Below are positions 59,087 through 64,000 of a stretch of DNA of 64,000 nucleotides, piece by piece; position 1 is the stretch's first letter; each line of letters starts with the position of its first letter. The stretch is from the NCBI RefSeq assembly GCF_003057965.1, contig NZ_CP020921.1, forward strand, positions 1,538,916 to 1,602,915, in the 5' to 3' direction. The translations under genes were made by a program, and so were the position numbers. The stretch comes from Thermodesulfobium acidiphilum (GTDB taxonomy: Bacteria > Thermodesulfobiota > Thermodesulfobiia > Thermodesulfobiales > Thermodesulfobiaceae). The notes beneath the pieces were generated by a model that was given only the letters and a program-made list of their open reading frames with translations, made no database searches and had not been told where the DNA came from.

Positions 59087-59951
59087 ACCAAGAGAAATTG
59101 TAGTAATAAGTGGAAAAGGCGGAACAGGCAAGACAAGCATTAGCGCTTCTTTAGCTTATCTGTCTAAAGATTGCATAGTCGCAGATTGTGATGTAGATGC
59201 AGCTGATTTGTATCTTTTACTTAATCCTATTACTGTCGAAAAACATGATTTTTATAGCGGCCACATTGCTAAAATAAACCAGGAAAAGTGTATAGGATGC
59301 GGAACATGTAAGGAGTTATGTAGATTTGATGCCATAAAGAAAAATAATAACAGTAAATTTAGCGTAGAACCAACATCTTGTGAAGGTTGCAAAGTATGCG
59401 TTGAATTTTGTCCTGAAAAGGCGATAGATTTTCTAGAAAGACTTTGTGGAGAGTGGATGAAGTCAGAAACCAGAGTTGGATTTATGGTTCATGCAAAATT
59501 AGGCATTGCAGCTGAAAATTCTGGTAAACTAGTCTCTTTAATTAGAAATGAAGCAAGAAAACTTGCTCAAGAAAAAGGTAAAAATTTGATCATTATTGAT
59601 GGGCCACCTGGAATAGGATGTCCTGTAATTGCATCTATTACTGGAGCAACTGACGTTTTAGTGGTTACTGAACCAACAATATCGGGTATTCATGACCTTG
59701 AAAGAGTAGTATCACTCGCAAACCACTTCAGAATAAAACCCTATGTAGCAATAAACAAATTTGACCTAAACCCTGAAGTAACAGAAAAAATTGAAAAAAT
59801 ATCAAATGAGTTGAATGCTCAGGTAGTTGGTAAAATCAGATATGACAAATTAGTCACCAAATCTCAAATAGAAGGAAAAACAATTGTAGAATCAAATATA
59901 CCCTCAGCACAAGATATAATTAATATGTGGGAAAGGTTGAAAATTAATTAG
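59076..59951 (+). CDS. Second Orp P-loop ATPase with 2x[4Fe-4S]
   Basis: SGKGGTGKT, DCDVDAAD, CIGCGTC, CEGCKVC, NSGKLV, DGPPGIGCP. Confidence 0.93.
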   Translation: MDNKPREIVVISGKGGTGKTSISASLAYLSKDCIVADCDVDAADLYLLLNPITVEKHDFYSGHIAKINQEKCIGCGTCKELCRFDAIKKNNNSKFSVEPTSCEGCKVCVEFCPEKAIDFLERLCGEWMKSETRVGFMVHAKLGIAAENSGKLVSLIRNEARKLAQEKGKNLIIIDGPPGIGCPVIASITGATDVLVVTEPTISGIHDLERVVSLANHFRIKPYVAINKFDLNPEVTEKIEKISNELNAQVVGKIRYDKLVTKSQIEGKTIVESNIPSAQDIINMWERLKIN

Positions 59952-59966
59952 TTTGAAGGAGTTGTA

Positions 59967-61214
59967 TTGAAAAACGTCATAGCCCTTTTTGATATAGATA
60001 ATATAAATATTTCAGAGGTCAGCACTTTATTATTAGACAACGTAAATGATGGAATATATGCAGTCGATATAGATTTTAAAATAATCTTTTTTAACAAAGC
60101 AGCTGAACATATCACTGGAGTAACAAAGGAAGAGGCAATAAGCAAAAGGTGCTATGACGTTTTTAGATCGAATATGTGTTTAAACAACTGCCCAATAAAG
60201 GAAGCTCTTGAAAAGGGTAGCTGTACCAAAAGGCACGGTTATATAATAGATTCTTCTGGGAACAAAGTTTTTATCAGCGTTTCAAATGTTTTGATAAAAA
60301 ATTTATCCAATGAAATAGTAAGTGTGGCACAAGTATTTAGAGATCAATCTGAAATAATGGCTTTAAGAGAAGAAATCCTTAAAGTCGAAGAAAATTTTTG
60401 TTTTACAAGTAAAAATTTACAAATGCAAAAGAACTTTTCTCTCCTAAAAACCGCTTTACCTAATATAAATAAAATCTATATTATTGGCGAAAAGGGAACA
60501 GGCAAAAGCAACCTTGTAAAGTGGATCTTAAAAAACAAAAATATTAAAAATTTTTCGGAATTTTCTTTAAAAACAATTAAAGAACTAAATCTGGAAAGAA
60601 TTTTTTCAGATTTTGATGCAATCCATATAAAAGACTTAGACTTCATAACTAAAGAATTTAAAATAAAGTTATCAAATTTTCTTAAAAATTTAAGCAATAT
60701 TAATAATAAGCTTATAATCTTTTCGTCTTCTAAAGATTATTTCCCAAGAGATGAATTTTATTTCAATATTAATGAATTCAAATTTGAAATAATACCGTTG
60801 AGATTTCGCAAAGAAGATATTATGTTTTGCGCTGAAAGCTTTCTGTTTCATTTTAGTAAAATCTACGACAAAAATATTTCAGGCTTCACTCAAGAAGCAA
60901 TAAATGCTCTTATTAGTTATGAATTTCCTGAAAACATAGAAGAGCTTAGAAATATCATTGAGAGAGCAGTTCTTATTTGCTCAGAAGAAAGAATTGATGT
61001 AAGTCATTTGCCAGAAACTTTGCAAAAAGAAGTTAATATAAAAGAAGGAATAATTAGTAAAGAAAAAGAAATTATATTAAGCGCTCTCAAAAAAAATAAT
61101 TTTAATAGGGACTTAACCGCAAAAGAACTCGGGCTTACAAGAAGTACTTTTTTTAGAAAACTAAAAAAATTAAAAATTGAAGTACCAAAATCCAAAAGAT
61201 CCAGAAAAAATTAA
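59967..61214 (+). CDS. PAS - degenerate AAA+ - Fis HTH regulator (OrpR-like)
   Basis: Cys-containing PAS, GEKGTGKS, PLR.RKEDI, Fis HTH TAKELGLTRSTFFRKLKK; no GAFTGA. Confidence 0.85.
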   Translation: MKNVIALFDIDNINISEVSTLLLDNVNDGIYAVDIDFKIIFFNKAAEHITGVTKEEAISKRCYDVFRSNMCLNNCPIKEALEKGSCTKRHGYIIDSSGNKVFISVSNVLIKNLSNEIVSVAQVFRDQSEIMALREEILKVEENFCFTSKNLQMQKNFSLLKTALPNINKIYIIGEKGTGKSNLVKWILKNKNIKNFSEFSLKTIKELNLERIFSDFDAIHIKDLDFITKEFKIKLSNFLKNLSNINNKLIIFSSSKDYFPRDEFYFNINEFKFEIIPLRFRKEDIMFCAESFLFHFSKIYDKNISGFTQEAINALISYEFPENIEELRNIIERAVLICSEERIDVSHLPETLQKEVNIKEGIISKEKEIILSALKKNNFNRDLTAKELGLTRSTFFRKLKKLKIEVPKSKRSRKN

Positions 61215-61266
61215 ATTATTTACACATCTTTCAAAGACTACAAATTTTGTGCTAAAATAATTAGTT

Positions 61267-61722
61267 ATGAGGAAACTAATATTTCTAACTATACTGTTTT
61301 TGGTTTTAGCTCAAACGAAAGCCATGGCGATGTCTATAAGCGTGAGCCAGGGCGATCCTGAAAGTTCATACCCCATTCCTTATAGCACTTATCCTTTTAC
61401 ACAAACACTTTTCTTTCATACAATCCAAAACCTAACTGCAAATCAAATTAGAGTATACATATATCTTGATTATCCGCTAGGAATAAAAGCCACAGCTACT
61501 ACCACAAACAATCAAGTCCTTCCAAAGGAAGGCGGTTTTTATTATATTGACATCCCTCCAAAACTCTCAGCTATTATAAGAATAAAGGTTGATTCTTCAG
61601 GTCTAACGAATGAATATGCAATAGAATCTATTTATACTACGAATATTGACCAGGATATTATAAAGCGAATAGACTATTTACTTGTAGAAAAACCAGCAGA
61701 ATTAGATAGTGGTATGTTGTAA
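61267..61722 (+). CDS. Secreted hypothetical protein
   Basis: Signal peptide MRKLIFLTILFLVLAQTKAMA. Confidence 0.75.
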   Translation: MRKLIFLTILFLVLAQTKAMAMSISVSQGDPESSYPIPYSTYPFTQTLFFHTIQNLTANQIRVYIYLDYPLGIKATATTTNNQVLPKEGGFYYIDIPPKLSAIIRIKVDSSGLTNEYAIESIYTTNIDQDIIKRIDYLLVEKPAELDSGML

Positions 61723-62862
61723 TTGCTAAAGATAGCAATTTTTACAGCCGAGCGTTCGGCAGAAGAAATTTCTTTAAATCTTCTTAGATCGATTGAAAAA
61801 ATTCAGCCATTCAAGCTGTATGCTGCTTCTTCTAGCTTTCTTGCTGAAAATATAGATTGTGAAACAATTTATGACACAAGTAATCTTAGCGCTATTGGTC
61901 TGGTAAAATCTCTTCAAAAAACTTTATTAGTTGCAAATTACATTAGAACAATAACTGAAAAGATTAAAGAAATAAATCCAGATATCCTTATATTTGTTGA
62001 CTTCGGAGGAACAAACGTTAGGCTTGCAAAAAAATTAAGATCTATCGGGATAAAGTCACCATTTGTATATCTTTTCCCTCCTGGCCCATGGGGTAAGACT
62101 CAAGAGGAAATGAATAATATTGCACAACCTTTCGACCTATTTCTTGTACCATATAAATTTTATCTCGATGTATACAAAAATACAGGAAAAAAAACTTTCT
62201 TAGTAAAGAATCCTATCATAGATGATAATAATAAAATTTTTCCCGTCAGATCGCTTTCCTTTGGTAAAGGAAAAGTTAATATTGGCATATTTCCAGGAAG
62301 TAGAGCTCAAGAAGTAGACTGGATTTTACCATTTGTCTTAGATGAATGCCTACAAAAACAAAACGATTTTACTTTCAATATAATTCCATTTGGACCTTTA
62401 GAAAAAAACATATTTAAAATTCTAATTTCAAAAAGGATAAACGTAGAAGAAAGGACAATAAAAAGCATTGAAGCAGCAATTGTAACCTCTGGGACAATGG
62501 TCTTAAGAATTTTAAAGGAAAGGATACCGTTCATAGGAGTATATAGAATACATCCATGGGACTTTTTCTTCTATAAGAAAAAACTTGAAAAATCAAATCA
62601 AGTATTTATACCTCCAAAATACAACGAAAAGAGAATATGTTTTCTCTTACCAAACATTTTATTAGGAAAAAATATATTTCCTGAAGTTCTATTTCCCTAC
62701 GAAAAGATGTGGGATAAAGTAGAATACGTTCTAAAAAATCAAAGTACACTTCTTAGCGCGGCTGAAAAAATTATGATTGAGCTAAGCGATGAATCATATC
62801 AAAAAGATCTGGGTAATATTATTTTCACAAACATAAACATTAGACCTCAGCCATTATTTTAG
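61723..62862 (+). CDS. lpxB: Lipid-A-disaccharide synthase-like glycosyltransferase (divergent)
   Basis: PD..I.VD....N.RLAK, Y.FPP..W, FPGSR.QE, TSGT, LPNIL.....PE. Confidence 0.75.
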   Translation: MLKIAIFTAERSAEEISLNLLRSIEKIQPFKLYAASSSFLAENIDCETIYDTSNLSAIGLVKSLQKTLLVANYIRTITEKIKEINPDILIFVDFGGTNVRLAKKLRSIGIKSPFVYLFPPGPWGKTQEEMNNIAQPFDLFLVPYKFYLDVYKNTGKKTFLVKNPIIDDNNKIFPVRSLSFGKGKVNIGIFPGSRAQEVDWILPFVLDECLQKQNDFTFNIIPFGPLEKNIFKILISKRINVEERTIKSIEAAIVTSGTMVLRILKERIPFIGVYRIHPWDFFFYKKKLEKSNQVFIPPKYNEKRICFLLPNILLGKNIFPEVLFPYEKMWDKVEYVLKNQSTLLSAAEKIMIELSDESYQKDLGNIIFTNINIRPQPLF

Positions 62863-63526
62863 AAAGTTTATCTGCAATTTTTAAGGGTTCGGGTATTCTT
62901 GAAAACGAACACTTGAGAGTTATTTCTATTGCATTGGTCAAATTAATCATATTTCCAACAGAAACATAGACAGGAGATACATTATCTTGTGTTCTCAAAA
63001 CTGCTCCTATAGTTTCATTTTTGTCAACAAGTGCGACAAAGCTGCCCTTCTTGGGACCAAGCTCACCTAATTCTTTCCCAAAAAGCCTAGACTTAGCACA
63101 ACCGAAGGTTGGCTTTTTTAGAATATAGCCAATGTGACAGGCAAGACCTGCCCTTCTCGGATGTGCTATTCCCTGACCGTCAACCATTACAACATCAAAA
63201 TCAACTGTAATATCTCTCATAGCAGCAATCAACGGCTTCACTTCTCTGAAAGCAAGAAAACCCGGAATGTATGGAAATCTTACAGCACACCTTGAAACGC
63301 TTGTTTGAATAATTTCTTTATCCTTTAAACTAAAAACCACTGCGCTTGCTTTAGAAAGATTGTTTTTATAAGAAACGTCTAAACCAAGTATTTTTATATC
63401 ATTAGAGATATTAAAATCACAAAAACTTAACATCTTTCTTAAATTATTTTGAAATTCCTTTGCTTCAGAAACTGACATAAGTTCAAGCTTTATAGCTTCT
63501 TGATACAAAAGTTCATACTTTTCCAT
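62840..63526 (-). CDS. nfi: Endonuclease V
   Basis: GLDVSY, FPYIPGFLAFRE, VDGQGIAHPRRAGLA.H, PVYVS.G, R.PEP...AD. Confidence 0.96.
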   Translation of the reverse strand: MEKYELLYQEAIKLELMSVSEAKEFQNNLRKMLSFCDFNISNDIKILGLDVSYKNNLSKASAVVFSLKDKEIIQTSVSRCAVRFPYIPGFLAFREVKPLIAAMRDITVDFDVVMVDGQGIAHPRRAGLACHIGYILKKPTFGCAKSRLFGKELGELGPKKGSFVALVDKNETIGAVLRTQDNVSPVYVSVGNMINLTNAIEITLKCSFSRIPEPLKIADKLSKIMAEV

Positions 63527-63543
63527 CTTGAAATTATCAAGTT

Positions 63544-64000
63544 TTATATTCTAATTTTCAAATCAACAGACCTTATGTTCGGATCTATGTCATGCAATGT
63601 GCTTATCAAAGCAATATTAACTTCTTTTATAACTTTCTCGACAAAAGATCCTAACTCTACCTCTTCGCCATTTACCCAAAGAGCACATTCAACTCTTCTA
63701 AATTTAATAAATTTTTCTTCAATAAAATCAGCAATCGGGACAGGATCGTCAATGGGAAACTGTGGCACAGCCTCAGAAGTAAATTCATCAGTTACCAGTG
63801 CTACAATTTCGTTTGGTTTACACAGAGGTTCTATACCTTTTCTTCTTATTTCAATTCTCTTTTTGCCTTCTTTTTTATATCCTTCAGTAAATAAAATATC
63901 TACTCCTTCAAAAAATTTCGCAACTTCTTCAAGAGTAAGCTCTTTTGAGACTTTTTGAATAATTGCCATCTTTTCAGAATGAGAGATCCCAACCGACCAG
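63544..64000 (-). CDS. mobB: Molybdopterin-guanine dinucleotide biosynthesis protein B (5' end outside window)
   Basis: D....EGYK....RIE, .A.V.D motifs; frame is open to the window edge. Confidence 0.75.
   Translation of the reverse strand, partial: WSVGISHSEKMAIIQKVSKELTLEEVAKFFEGVDILFTEGYKKEGKKRIEIRRKGIEPLCKPNEIVALVTDEFTSEAVPQFPIDDPVPIADFIEEKFIKFRRVECALWVNGEEVELGSFVEKVIKEVNIALISTLHDIDPNIRSVDLKIRI

Noticed and set aside
735-63958. Numerous 60-200 aa ORFs antisense to or overlapping the called genes (e.g. 8667-9086, 11667-12164, 37816-38409, 57306-57680, 63500-63958)
   Set aside because: Shadows of well-supported genes, with no motifs or SD sites

Overview
AT-rich bacterial chromosome segment from an anaerobic sulfate reducer. 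Firmicutes-like genes (whiA, yvcK, rapZ, ylbF) sit beside LPS genes (lptB, lpxB-like). The gene mix suggests a Thermodesulfobium-like organism (inference only). Contents in order: cstA; a Crp/Fnr regulator divergent from DUF169-TauE; the sulfate-activation operon adk-sat-(105 aa ORF)-aprBA-qmoABC-ykgJ; paaK-like ligase and pepF; hemerythrin plus a lone fumarase beta subunit; DUF134-MrpORP-NifX; chrA, HEPN, yedF and a globin-coupled sensor; a Grx-FTR pair; glnD, an M20 hydrolase homologue, rapZ-yvcK-whiA and gap-pgk-tpi-gpmI; an acetate cluster (acs, satP, yjcH, actP); pheA-serS-pxpABC-rnc-lptB-pepP; and an Orange-protein (orp) cluster. I saw no tRNA, rRNA, CRISPR array or transposase. Notable signals from the DNA: three genes that apparently start at ATT, GTA or ATA behind strong SD sites; an OrpR-like activator that has lost its sigma54 machinery, with a sigma70-type promoter on its cluster; a perfect 26-bp palindrome before DUF134; an in-frame fusion that keeps an internal start; recurring SD plus mini-ORF leaders; and two pseudogene relics missed or only partly caught by the ORF track. 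All family calls are by motif recognition, not database search.
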